A stretch of DNA of 63,976 bases, the filler included, from an uncultured bacterium (GTDB lineage Bacteria; CAZDME01; JAYEMH01), in assembly GCA_964506785.1 (NCBI GenBank). It is 3 parts of 3 records of this genome, joined end to end, with 100 filler letters (N's around TTAATTAATTAA, not from the genome) between each part and the next. Parts side by side here need not be neighbours in the genome. Positions count along the whole stretch, not along the records: positions 26,396 to 51,211 come from CAZDME010000016.1; positions 51,312 to 63,976 come from CAZDME010000041.1; 1 more part is not named here. One strand, given 5' to 3'. The notes beneath the pieces are model-generated. The model ran no database searches, had not been told where the DNA came from, and worked only from the letters and a program-made list of their open reading frames with translations. This document shows positions 46,669 to 54,602 of the stretch, piece after piece. The first letter of the stretch is position 1. Each line of letters starts with the position of its first letter. Both the position numbers and the translations under genes were made by a program.

Positions 46669-47151
46669 ATGCGCTCCACTTTTAAAAAGATACTTAAAGG
46701 GAAAGTTATTGTTCTGGGTGTGGGCAATATTATGCGTGGGGATGATGGCTTCGGCCCGGCTCTTATTGAAAACTTGAGCCGGCCCTCCGGCCGGGCTGAA
46801 TCAACGAGAAAATTTATTTTTATTGACGCCGGCAGCGCCCCGGAGAATTATCTGGGTAAGATTATAAAAGAAAAGCCCGATACTGTTTTAATCGTTGATG
46901 CTGTTCACCTCAACTTATCGCCGGGTAAATACGAACTTTTAAAAAAGGCGGAAATAGCCAACTGCGGTTTAACCACGCATGACATCTCACCCGGTTTATT
47001 TATCGATTTTTTAGAGAAAGAGACGGATGCCGACATTTATTTTTTGGGACTTCAGCCTAAGAATATTACCTTGGGAGATGATATGTCAGTTGAGGTTAAA
47101 AAATCCGTTATTGAACTATCCGGATTGATTAAGGGGGTGACAAATGCATGA
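46669..47151 (+). CDS. hycI: Hydrogenase maturation endopeptidase (HycI-like)
   Basis: LGVGNIMRGDDGFG, GSAPEN, IVDA, TTH, GLQP; ATG at 46669. Confidence 0.92.
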   Translation: MRSTFKKILKGKVIVLGVGNIMRGDDGFGPALIENLSRPSGRAESTRKFIFIDAGSAPENYLGKIIKEKPDTVLIVDAVHLNLSPGKYELLKKAEIANCGLTTHDISPGLFIDFLEKETDADIYFLGLQPKNITLGDDMSVEVKKSVIELSGLIKGVTNA

Positions 47152-47386
47152 ATCACATCTGATTGAGCCGGTAATCAAAGGTGTATCCGAACATGCCCGA
47201 AAAGAGGGGGCAAAGGCGGTATCTAAATTAAGGCTGAAAATCGGCCTTCTTACCGGTGTGAAAGAAGAATCGTTTAAAGAGACATTTTACCTTCTTGCCA
47301 AAGGAACTGTTTTGGAGAAGGCTGAGCTTGAATTGACCTTTTCCCCGGATTCAAAAATAGAAGTTGTTTCTTTTGATGTAGAATAA
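47144..47386 (+). CDS. hypA: Minimal HypA nickel metallochaperone lacking the zinc-finger domain
   Basis: MHE Ni motif, V..LRLKIG.LTGV..ESF..F....GT..E.AEL; 80 aa with no Cys. Confidence 0.85.
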   Translation: MHESHLIEPVIKGVSEHARKEGAKAVSKLRLKIGLLTGVKEESFKETFYLLAKGTVLEKAELELTFSPDSKIEVVSFDVE

Positions 47387-47419
47387 CTCTTGTTATGCTG
47401 GTTAAGAAAATCTTTAAGA

Positions 47420-47494
47420 ATTTAAAATTTAAAATATACAATTTCCAAATTACAAATAGAATATTTGTAATTTGTTAGTTGTACTTTGTAATTC
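47420..47494. repeat. AT-rich heptameric/palindromic repeat (same family as 4516-4595)
   Basis: Perfect 13-bp stem caaattacaaata-gaa-tatttgtaatttg (47446-47474). Confidence 0.7.
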
Positions 47495-47509
47495 TGGATA
47501 TAATGAAAT

Positions 47510-48814
47510 ATGTGTTATGCCATTCCTGGAAAGGTAAAGGAAATAAGCGGGAGGACTGTTCTGGTCGATTATTTTGGCCAGACCAAAAAGGCGATTAACG
47601 AATTCTATGATATCCGTCCCGGGGATTATATTTCTGCTCAAGGAGGTTATGTAATAAAAAAGGTGCCGCCTGAGGAGGCGGAAGATATCCTTTCTGCCTG
47701 GGGGGAACTTTTCTTTGAACTTCAGGAAGTTGACCTGCGTCTTTCCAGCCTGGATTTTGAAAAAAAGGATATTGATAAAAAACTAAGCCTTATTTTGGAT
47801 AGGGCCTTAGAAGGCCTTCCTTTAAGGCGTGAGGACTTGTCCTATTTAATCAGTCTTGATAATCCAAAGGCTCTGGATTTTTTATTCAAGACAGCCAATT
47901 TCCTCCGTCAGAAATTTCACCAGAATTCCTGCTGTGTCCACGGCATAATCGAAATTTCGAATTATTGCCGGAGGGCCTGTCTTTATTGCGGTATATCAAC
48001 CCACAATAAAAATATTGTCCGCTACCGGATGAAGGCTGATGAGATTGTTGCTGCGGCTAAAGAAGCCGTCGAAAAATACGGCTTCCAGGCTTTGGTTTTA
48101 CAAAGCGGCGAAGACCCTCTTTATAGCCTTGATGAGCTTGCCGCTATCATCGAGAGGATCAAAAAAGAAGCGGCTGTGTTGATTTGCATAAGTTTTGGGG
48201 AAATCGGCCTAGCCGGTTTGGAAAGACTTTATCGAGCCGGTGCCCGGGGAATTCTTATGCGTTTTGAAACCTCCAATCGGGAAATCTTTAAGCGGCTTCA
48301 TCCCGGCCAGGAGTTAGCCGCCAGATTGGCCCATTTAAAAAAAGCGGCCGAGTTGGGTTACTTAATTATGACCGGGGGGCTTATCGGCCTGCCCGGACAA
48401 ACCAGTGAAGATATTATAAATGACCTTTATCTGGCCAAAGAACTTGGGGCGGAGATGTATTCTTTTGGTCCTTTTCTGCCGCATCCGGAAACACCTTTAT
48501 CTGAAAGCCCTCCTCCTTCAGAAGAGAGGGTTTTAAAAACCCTGGCCTTAGCCAGGCTTATTGACCCGGAAAACGCTAAAATCTTGGTTACCACTGCTTT
48601 TGAAACCTTAAGTGCGGCGGCGCGGAGGAAAGGACTTGTTTCCGGGGCCAGCTCGGTCATGCTTAATGTCACTCCTCTTAAATACCGCCGGCATTATTCG
48701 ATTTATCCGGATAAAGCCTATAGTACCGAGGCGGTAAATGTTCAGATTGAAGAAACCGTTTCTTTGCTTAAGTCTCTGGGGCGGGCGCCTACGGATTTAG
48801 GCACAGATAAATAA
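47510..48814 (+). CDS. HypC/HupF-domain + HydE-like radical SAM fusion protein
   Basis: N-term MCYAIPGKV...VDYFG...PGDY...EEAE (HypC). C-term HGIIEISNYCRRACLYCG, RYRM, VLQSGED, ET, GLPGQT, GPFLPHPETPL, TTA, YSIYPDK (HydE/PylB-type). Confidence 0.9.
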   Translation: MCYAIPGKVKEISGRTVLVDYFGQTKKAINEFYDIRPGDYISAQGGYVIKKVPPEEAEDILSAWGELFFELQEVDLRLSSLDFEKKDIDKKLSLILDRALEGLPLRREDLSYLISLDNPKALDFLFKTANFLRQKFHQNSCCVHGIIEISNYCRRACLYCGISTHNKNIVRYRMKADEIVAAAKEAVEKYGFQALVLQSGEDPLYSLDELAAIIERIKKEAAVLICISFGEIGLAGLERLYRAGARGILMRFETSNREIFKRLHPGQELAARLAHLKKAAELGYLIMTGGLIGLPGQTSEDIINDLYLAKELGAEMYSFGPFLPHPETPLSESPPPSEERVLKTLALARLIDPENAKILVTTAFETLSAAARRKGLVSGASSVMLNVTPLKYRRHYSIYPDKAYSTEAVNVQIEETVSLLKSLGRAPTDLGTDK

Positions 48815-48840
48815 AAATTTTTGAACATTAGTTTCCAATT

Positions 48841-49491
48841 ATGAAAAACCGGAAAGCAATAAATAAAAACGTTTTTTCCCTGGGTACCATTAAACGTCTT
48901 AGTTTATATCTACGAAATTTAAAGATTCTGAGAGAACGCCGCATCGAAATTATTTCCTCCGATAAAATAACCCGTTTTCTCAATGTTACCCCGGTTCAGT
49001 TTAGAAAAGACCTTTCTTTTTTTGGCGGCTTTGGAAAAAGAGGGGTTGGCTACCGGGTGGAAAAGTTAATCCAGGAGATTGAAAATATATTAGGGGTAAA
49101 TAAAGAGTGGCATATTGTCCTGGTTGGAGCCGGAAAATTAGGCAGCGCTCTTTTAGGCTTTGACGGCTTTTCGAAATTCAATATTAAAATAATCTATGCC
49201 TTTGATATCGATAAGGATAAGATAGGCAAGACAAGGAAAGGGGTAAAAATAGAGGATTTAGAAAAAATGAAAGATATCGTTAAACAAAATAACATTAAGC
49301 TGGCGATAATTTCTACCCCGCCGGAAGTAGCCCAGGGTATAATAAATGATTTGGTGAAATCGGGAGTAAGGGGTTTTTTGAATTTTGCCCCGGTCGCCCT
49401 TAAGGTTCCTGATGATATTTCCGTTTCAAATGTTGATATGGCCTGTGAGCTGGAAAGTTTAATATTCTTTGCCAAGAAAAGGCATATTTAA
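48841..49491 (+). CDS. rex: Redox-sensing (NADH/NAD+) repressor Rex
   Basis: TIKRLSLY, QFRKDLSFFG.FGKRGVGY, VGAGKLGSAL, LNFAP. Confidence 0.96.
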   Translation: MKNRKAINKNVFSLGTIKRLSLYLRNLKILRERRIEIISSDKITRFLNVTPVQFRKDLSFFGGFGKRGVGYRVEKLIQEIENILGVNKEWHIVLVGAGKLGSALLGFDGFSKFNIKIIYAFDIDKDKIGKTRKGVKIEDLEKMKDIVKQNNIKLAIISTPPEVAQGIINDLVKSGVRGFLNFAPVALKVPDDISVSNVDMACELESLIFFAKKRHI

Positions 49492-49514
49492 ATCCATAAC
49501 TTAAGGATTACAAG

Positions 49515-51011
49515 ATGTTGGCCGATACCGTAAAGCTCAATTCCTGGATAGATAATCGGATAAAAAAAGAACAAATTACAAAATACCTGAATGGAGAGAG
49601 AGATTTTATCGATCAGGATAAAATCCGCCGCCTTTTAATTTCCTCAGAAAGGCCGGGTACCCAGATGGTCAGGGATATCCTTAAGAAATCAGAATCTATT
49701 CAAACTTTGACCCTTGAAGAAACCGCCGCGCTTTTGAATGTTACCGATAGAGATTTATGGGAAGAAATGAAAGAAAAAGCCGGCCAGATCAAGCAAAAGG
49801 TTTATGATAACCGCATTGTCACCTTTGCCCCGCTGTATATGAGCAACCTCTGTGTCAATAATTGCCTTTATTGCGGTTTTCGCAAAGACAATTGGCAGAC
49901 CAAAAGGCAGATGCTCACTTTAGATGAGGTGAGAAAAGAGACAGAGGTTTTAGCCGGAGAAATTGGCCATAAGCGCCTGATAGTTGTTTATGGGGAGCAT
50001 CCGGAAAGTGATATCGATTATATGGCTTCCACCATAAAGGCCATCTATCAGGTTAAGACAAAAACAAAAAGAGCCTTTGGCCAAATCCGCCGGGTAAATG
50101 TTAATGCCGCGCCCTTATCCATCGAAAATCTCAAGATTCTTCATCAGGTAGGTATCGGCACTTATCAGGTATTTCAAGAGACCTATCACCGGCCTACTTA
50201 CCGGGCAGTTCATCCTCAGGGAACTCTCAAATCCGATTATCAATGGCGCCTTTATTGTATGCACCGGGCATTCGAGGCCGGGGTAGATGATGTCGGTATT
50301 GGTGTTCTTTTTGGCTTGTATGACTGGCGGTTTGAAGTTTTAGGCCTTCTTTCTCATGCCCGTGAGCTGGAGGAAAAATTTGGCATTGGCCCTCACACTA
50401 TTTCCTTTCCCCGTCTGGAGGAAGCGGCCAATAGTCCTTTTACCCGGCATCCGGCTTACAAGGTTAGTGATGAAGATTTTGAGAAGCTAATTGTAATTAT
50501 CAGGCTATCCGTTCCTTATACCGGAATGATTCTCACTGCCCGGGAGACCCCGGCAATAAGAAGAAAGGTTATTTCTTTGGGCTGTACCCAGACTGATGCC
50601 TCAACCCGTATCGGCATCGGCGCTTATAGCGACCGCTATACTGAACAGGAAGGAAAGCGCCAGCAATTTTTCTTAGGTGATACCAGAAGCCTGGATGAGG
50701 TAATAAGGGATTTAGCCGAGATGGGCTACATTACTTCCTTTTGTACCGCCGGGTATCGCTGCGGGCGCACCGGTAAATGCATTATGGATTTATTAAGAAA
50801 GGGCGAAGAGAGATGGTTCTGTAAATTGAATGCCGTTTTAACCTTTGAAGAATATCTTCAGGATTTTGCCGATGAAGAAACCCGGCTTGTTGGGAAAAAA
50901 CTGGTTGAAAAAGAAGCGAAAGAGATTGAGGAGAAAATCCCCAAGCTAAAATCCAGATTCAGGGAATACTTGACACGCATTGGAAATGGAGAACGAGACC
51001 TCTATTTTTGA
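49515..51011 (+). CDS. hydG: [FeFe]-hydrogenase maturase HydG (tyrosine lyase, CO/CN- synthon producer)
   Basis: FAPLYMSNLCVNNCLYCGF, YGEHP, RRVNVN, FQETYH, GPHTISFPR (dangler His), C-terminal CTAGYRC-X19-C auxiliary cluster motif, GERDLYF. Confidence 0.95.
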   Translation: MLADTVKLNSWIDNRIKKEQITKYLNGERDFIDQDKIRRLLISSERPGTQMVRDILKKSESIQTLTLEETAALLNVTDRDLWEEMKEKAGQIKQKVYDNRIVTFAPLYMSNLCVNNCLYCGFRKDNWQTKRQMLTLDEVRKETEVLAGEIGHKRLIVVYGEHPESDIDYMASTIKAIYQVKTKTKRAFGQIRRVNVNAAPLSIENLKILHQVGIGTYQVFQETYHRPTYRAVHPQGTLKSDYQWRLYCMHRAFEAGVDDVGIGVLFGLYDWRFEVLGLLSHARELEEKFGIGPHTISFPRLEEAANSPFTRHPAYKVSDEDFEKLIVIIRLSVPYTGMILTARETPAIRRKVISLGCTQTDASTRIGIGAYSDRYTEQEGKRQQFFLGDTRSLDEVIRDLAEMGYITSFCTAGYRCGRTGKCIMDLLRKGEERWFCKLNAVLTFEEYLQDFADEETRLVGKKLVEKEAKEIEEKIPKLKSRFREYLTRIGNGERDLYF

Positions 51012-51029
51012 TTTTTCCTCCCATAAGAT

Positions 51030-51211
51030 ATGAACGACAAGCCCCTTTTCGGCCTCATCCTTATTTTTATCCTTGGAATATGTTTGGCAAAAGTGCTACA
51101 TATTCCCTTTTTTTATTTGTATCCTCTCACCCTGGCAGTTGCCATCCTCAGTTTCATCTTCCTCCGCCGAACGGCAATTCATTTTTATCTCATTATTCTC
51201 CTTTTATCTTT
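51030..51211 (+). CDS. 5' fragment of a membrane protein, probably ComEC/Rec2 (cut by contig end)
   Basis: MNDKPLFGLILIFILGI..., resembling the ComEC N-terminal TM region; only 60 codons visible. Confidence 0.45.
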
Positions 51212-51311
51212 NNNNNNNNNNNNNNNNNNNNNNNNNNNNNNNNNNNNNNNNNNNNTTAATTAATTAANNNNNNNNNNNNNNNNNNNNNNNNNNNNNNNNN
51301 NNNNNNNNNNN
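51212..51311. other. Artificial contig linker (N44-TTAATTAATTAA-N44)
   Basis: Identical to the linker at 26296-26395. Confidence 0.98.
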
Positions 51312-51428
51312 AGAACGTTATCTGTAGATGAAGCGATGCTGTCGGTTTTTCCGGAAAAGAAACGACAGCACATGCCGGAAATCGCACCGAAAAAAGCGGT
51401 TTTATCTTTCAAGGAAGTCGCTAAAGGT

Positions 51429-51732
51429 TTTTCGGAAGCTTCGGCAAAGAAAGAGTAAAATTGCCAAAGCTTCAATCTACCGTACCTTTAAATTATTGGT
51501 CGGGGCCGGCATTTTAAGGCCGGTTATTTTTACTGACCGGCATCTTCATTATGAACAGGTGATTGGGAAGAAGCATCATGGACATCTGGTTTGTTTGAAA
51601 TGCGGCCGGGTAATCGAATTTAGCCGACCCAAGATACTAAAGGAATTAAACAAAGTTTATAGGGAATATCATTTTAAGGAGTTTGACCATAAAGTTGAAG
51701 CTACTGGATATTGTCATCAATGCCAAAAATAA
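51429..51732 (+). pseudogene. fur: Fur-family regulator lacking its N-terminal helices (truncated or chimeric)
   Basis: KIAKASIYRTFKLL..AGI, HYE..HHGHLVCLKCG, CHQC; sequence upstream of ~51429 is not Fur-like. Confidence 0.7.
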
Positions 51733-51959
51733 TCATCAGCCTTTCAGAACTTAAAAAAGGCGACCGGGCGGTTATCTCTAAAATAAAAGTTCAGGGCGGG
51801 CTGGGCCGGCGTCTGCGGGATATGGGGCTGGTACCGGGCAGCCCGGTGGAGTTAATAAGAGTAGCTCCTTTAGGCGATCCAATCGAAATAAAAATAAAGG
51901 GTTATCGTCTTTCTTTACGTAAAGAGGAAGCGGCTGACATATATGTTGAAACGGGGTGA
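51720..51959 (+). CDS. feoA: Ferrous iron transport protein A
   Basis: RRLRDMGLVPG, APLGDPIE..IKGYRLSLRKEEA; ATG at 51720. Confidence 0.95.
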   Translation: MPKIIISLSELKKGDRAVISKIKVQGGLGRRLRDMGLVPGSPVELIRVAPLGDPIEIKIKGYRLSLRKEEAADIYVETG

Positions 51960-51969
51960 AAAGGCAATA

Positions 51970-52221
51970 ATGAAAGGGCAAATTTTACCTTTAACGACGA
52001 TTTCTCCGGGCAGAACAGTGATACTGGTAGCAATCACTGGCGGGTTGGGTTTAAGGCAAAGATTAACTGATATGGGTCTAAAGGAAGGGGTTAAATTCAG
52101 GTTAGTTCATTCCCTGAGGCCGGGACCATGCATTGTTAATTTTGGCGGGACCAGATTGGTGCTTGGCCATGGTATGGCCCAGAAGATATTGGTACGCTCT
52201 GTTAGACTTGGCGAGGAATAG
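51970..52221 (+). CDS. feoA: Ferrous iron transport protein A (second copy)
   Basis: RLTDMGL, GP, RLVLGHGMAQKILV. Confidence 0.92.
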   Translation: MKGQILPLTTISPGRTVILVAITGGLGLRQRLTDMGLKEGVKFRLVHSLRPGPCIVNFGGTRLVLGHGMAQKILVRSVRLGEE

Positions 52222-52368
52222 TGGAGAGAGCAGAACGGAAAGTATCTTTAAGGGTGAGATATTATGAAGCCTGCAGAGATAAATTGGATGCGATGCGAAG
52301 AGAAAGGTAGTCAAAAAACACAATGGGTAAGCGGAATCTTTGTAAAAGCTTAAAAAGGGGTTAAAAAG

Positions 52369-54510
52369 GTGAAAAAGTTAACCATTGCTTTAGCCGGTAA
52401 CCCTAATTCCGGTAAAACAACCATTTTTAATAATTTGACTGGCGCCCGCCAGCATGTGGGGAATTACCCCGGGGTTACCGTAGAAAAAATAGAAGGCAGT
52501 TTAAAATACAAAGGCTATGAAATAGAAGTAGTGGATTTGCCCGGGACCTATAGTTTAAACGCTTATTCACTGGATGAGGTTGTTGCCCGCAATTTTGTCC
52601 TTGAAGAAAAACCTGACGTAGTTATTGATATCATTGACACTTCAAATTTAGAGAGAAATCTCTATCTGGCGACTCAATTTAAAGAGCTGGGTATTCCTTT
52701 GGTTTTAGCTTTTAACATGGCTGATTTAGCCCAGAAGCAGGGTTTAAGCATCGATAAAAAAAGGCTCAGTGCGCTTTTAGGACTGCCGATTATTTTTACC
52801 GTAGCCAGCAAGAAAAAAGGGATGAATGAACTGCTTGATGCAGCCATTCAATTAGCTGAAGGGAAAATTAAACTGGCTGAGACGATAGTTGGTTATGGCC
52901 GCGAGATTGAAGAGGAGATTAAAAAGTTAGAGGAGATTCTTTCTCAAGATACCGGGTTAATTATAAAATATCCGGTCCGCTGGATAGCCCTCAAACTTTT
53001 GGAAGGTGACCGCGAAATTGTAAAAAAAGTAAAAAAGAGCGAAAAAGCCGGTGAAATCGAAGAGATAGCAGGAAAAAGCATTTCTCATCTTAAGGGAATT
53101 TTCGGTGATGAAGTGGAAGCAATAATTGCTGACCGCCGTTATGGATTTATTAGCGGAGCCTGCAGTGAATCAATTTTGAAAACCTATGAGGTTCGTCATA
53201 CTACTTCAGACCAAATAGATAAGGTCTTGGTTAACCGACTCTTAGGTTTGCCCATTTTTCTGGGATTGATGTATCTGCTTTTTAAATTTACCTTTACCTT
53301 AAGTATCCCATTGATGGCTTGGGTCGAAACCGGCCAGGAATGGTTGAGCAATTTTATCCATGGGTGTCTTCCGGAAGGAAGTGCCGTTCAATCTCTGGTA
53401 GTTGGCGGTATAGTCGGCGGAGTAGGCAGTGTCCTGGTATTTGTTCCCATCATTTTTTTGTTGTTTTTAGCCATTGCCTTGCTTGAAGATTCAGGCTATA
53501 TGGCCAGAGCAGTTTTTATTATGGATAGATTTATGCATAAAATTGGACTGCACGGCCGTTCCTGTATACCGATGCTTTTGGGTTTCGGCTGTAATCTTCC
53601 CGCTATTATGGCTGCCCGCACCATTAAAGACAGAAAAGACCGGTTAGTGACTATTCTGGTTAATCCTTTTATGAGCTGTGGCGCCAGACTCCCGGTTTAT
53701 ACCCTGTTAATCGGAGCATTTTTTAGCGAAAAAACAGCCGGCAATATTTTGTTTTCTCTTTACGCTCTGGGGGTGGTGGTAGCAATTGTTATGGCTAAAA
53801 TATTTCGCCGCTATCTATTTAAGGGAGAAACGGCTCCTTTTGTTATGGAGTTACCGCCTTATCGGCTGCCGACGATTAAAGGCCTTCTTATCCATATGTG
53901 GGAACGAGGGGTCCTTTATTTAAAGAAAGCCGGAACAATTATTTTTGCTGGTTGCCTGGTAGTTTGGTTTTTAAGTAATTTTCCCTGGAATCCGCAGTAT
54001 TCCAAAGATTACGATAGGCTGATTGAAGAGGTGCAGGATGAGACAATGTTAGTTACACAATTAGAAAATCAGAAGGCTCGGGAAAAATTAGAAAAAAGTT
54101 ATGCCGGAAGATTGGGGAAGAAAGTTGCTCCGGTTTTTAAGCCCCTGGGATTTGATGACTGGAGGATTTCGGTCGGTCTGATAGGCGGTTTTGTGGCCAA
54201 AGAAATTGTGGTGGGGACTTTAGGAACCCTTCATTCTGTTGGTGAGGCAGATGAAAACTCCATGTCTTTACGACAGGCCCTTCAGAGGCAGACTCGAAAG
54301 GACGGCAGCAAGTTCTATAGCCCTTTAGTCGCCTATGCTCTTATGGTCTTTGTCCTTTTGTACATTCCCTGTATCGCCGTAATTGCGGTAATAAAAAGAG
54401 AAACCAACTCCTGGCGCTGGCCGGCTTTTACGGCAGTTTATACAACTGTTTTGGCCTGGCTGGCCTCTTTCGTTATTTATCAAGGCGGAAGATTTTTGGG
54501 CTTTAAATAG
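52369..54510 (+). CDS. feoB: Ferrous iron transporter FeoB
   Basis: GNPNSGKT, VGNYPGVT, DLPGTY, LEDSGYMAR, GFGC, PFMSCGARLP, FVMELPPY, LYIPC. Confidence 0.97.
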   Translation: MKKLTIALAGNPNSGKTTIFNNLTGARQHVGNYPGVTVEKIEGSLKYKGYEIEVVDLPGTYSLNAYSLDEVVARNFVLEEKPDVVIDIIDTSNLERNLYLATQFKELGIPLVLAFNMADLAQKQGLSIDKKRLSALLGLPIIFTVASKKKGMNELLDAAIQLAEGKIKLAETIVGYGREIEEEIKKLEEILSQDTGLIIKYPVRWIALKLLEGDREIVKKVKKSEKAGEIEEIAGKSISHLKGIFGDEVEAIIADRRYGFISGACSESILKTYEVRHTTSDQIDKVLVNRLLGLPIFLGLMYLLFKFTFTLSIPLMAWVETGQEWLSNFIHGCLPEGSAVQSLVVGGIVGGVGSVLVFVPIIFLLFLAIALLEDSGYMARAVFIMDRFMHKIGLHGRSCIPMLLGFGCNLPAIMAARTIKDRKDRLVTILVNPFMSCGARLPVYTLLIGAFFSEKTAGNILFSLYALGVVVAIVMAKIFRRYLFKGETAPFVMELPPYRLPTIKGLLIHMWERGVLYLKKAGTIIFAGCLVVWFLSNFPWNPQYSKDYDRLIEEVQDETMLVTQLENQKAREKLEKSYAGRLGKKVAPVFKPLGFDDWRISVGLIGGFVAKEIVVGTLGTLHSVGEADENSMSLRQALQRQTRKDGSKFYSPLVAYALMVFVLLYIPCIAVIAVIKRETNSWRWPAFTAVYTTVLAWLASFVIYQGGRFLGFK

Positions 54511-54602
54511 AGCTTCTTTTCCAGCAATTTTAAAGACTTGAAATATCACTTCTCCTGTGTTATTATTACAGCCTATAAATTGTTAATATGAGGAGAAGTT
54601 AG

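Noticed and set aside
47510-48814. Biotin synthase BioB or PylB call for the radical SAM domain
   Set aside because: No bio or pyl genes nearby; HydE-type motifs (RYRM, GPF.PH..TPL, YxxY), adjacency to hydG and the HypC fusion point to hydrogenase maturation.
49515-51011. ThiH (thiamine biosynthesis)
   Set aside because: It has the C-terminal auxiliary-cluster cysteines and the dangler His that ThiH lacks, and there is no thiG or thiS.
52222-52368. Small FeoC/FeoB-associated ORF between feoA and feoB
   Set aside because: Short frames (<30 aa) with no Cys-rich or TM motif.
7473-54510. One physically linked Ni uptake + hydrogenase + Fe uptake super-cluster
   Set aside because: The nikR operon, hydrogenase operon and feo genes are on three separate contigs joined by artificial linkers.
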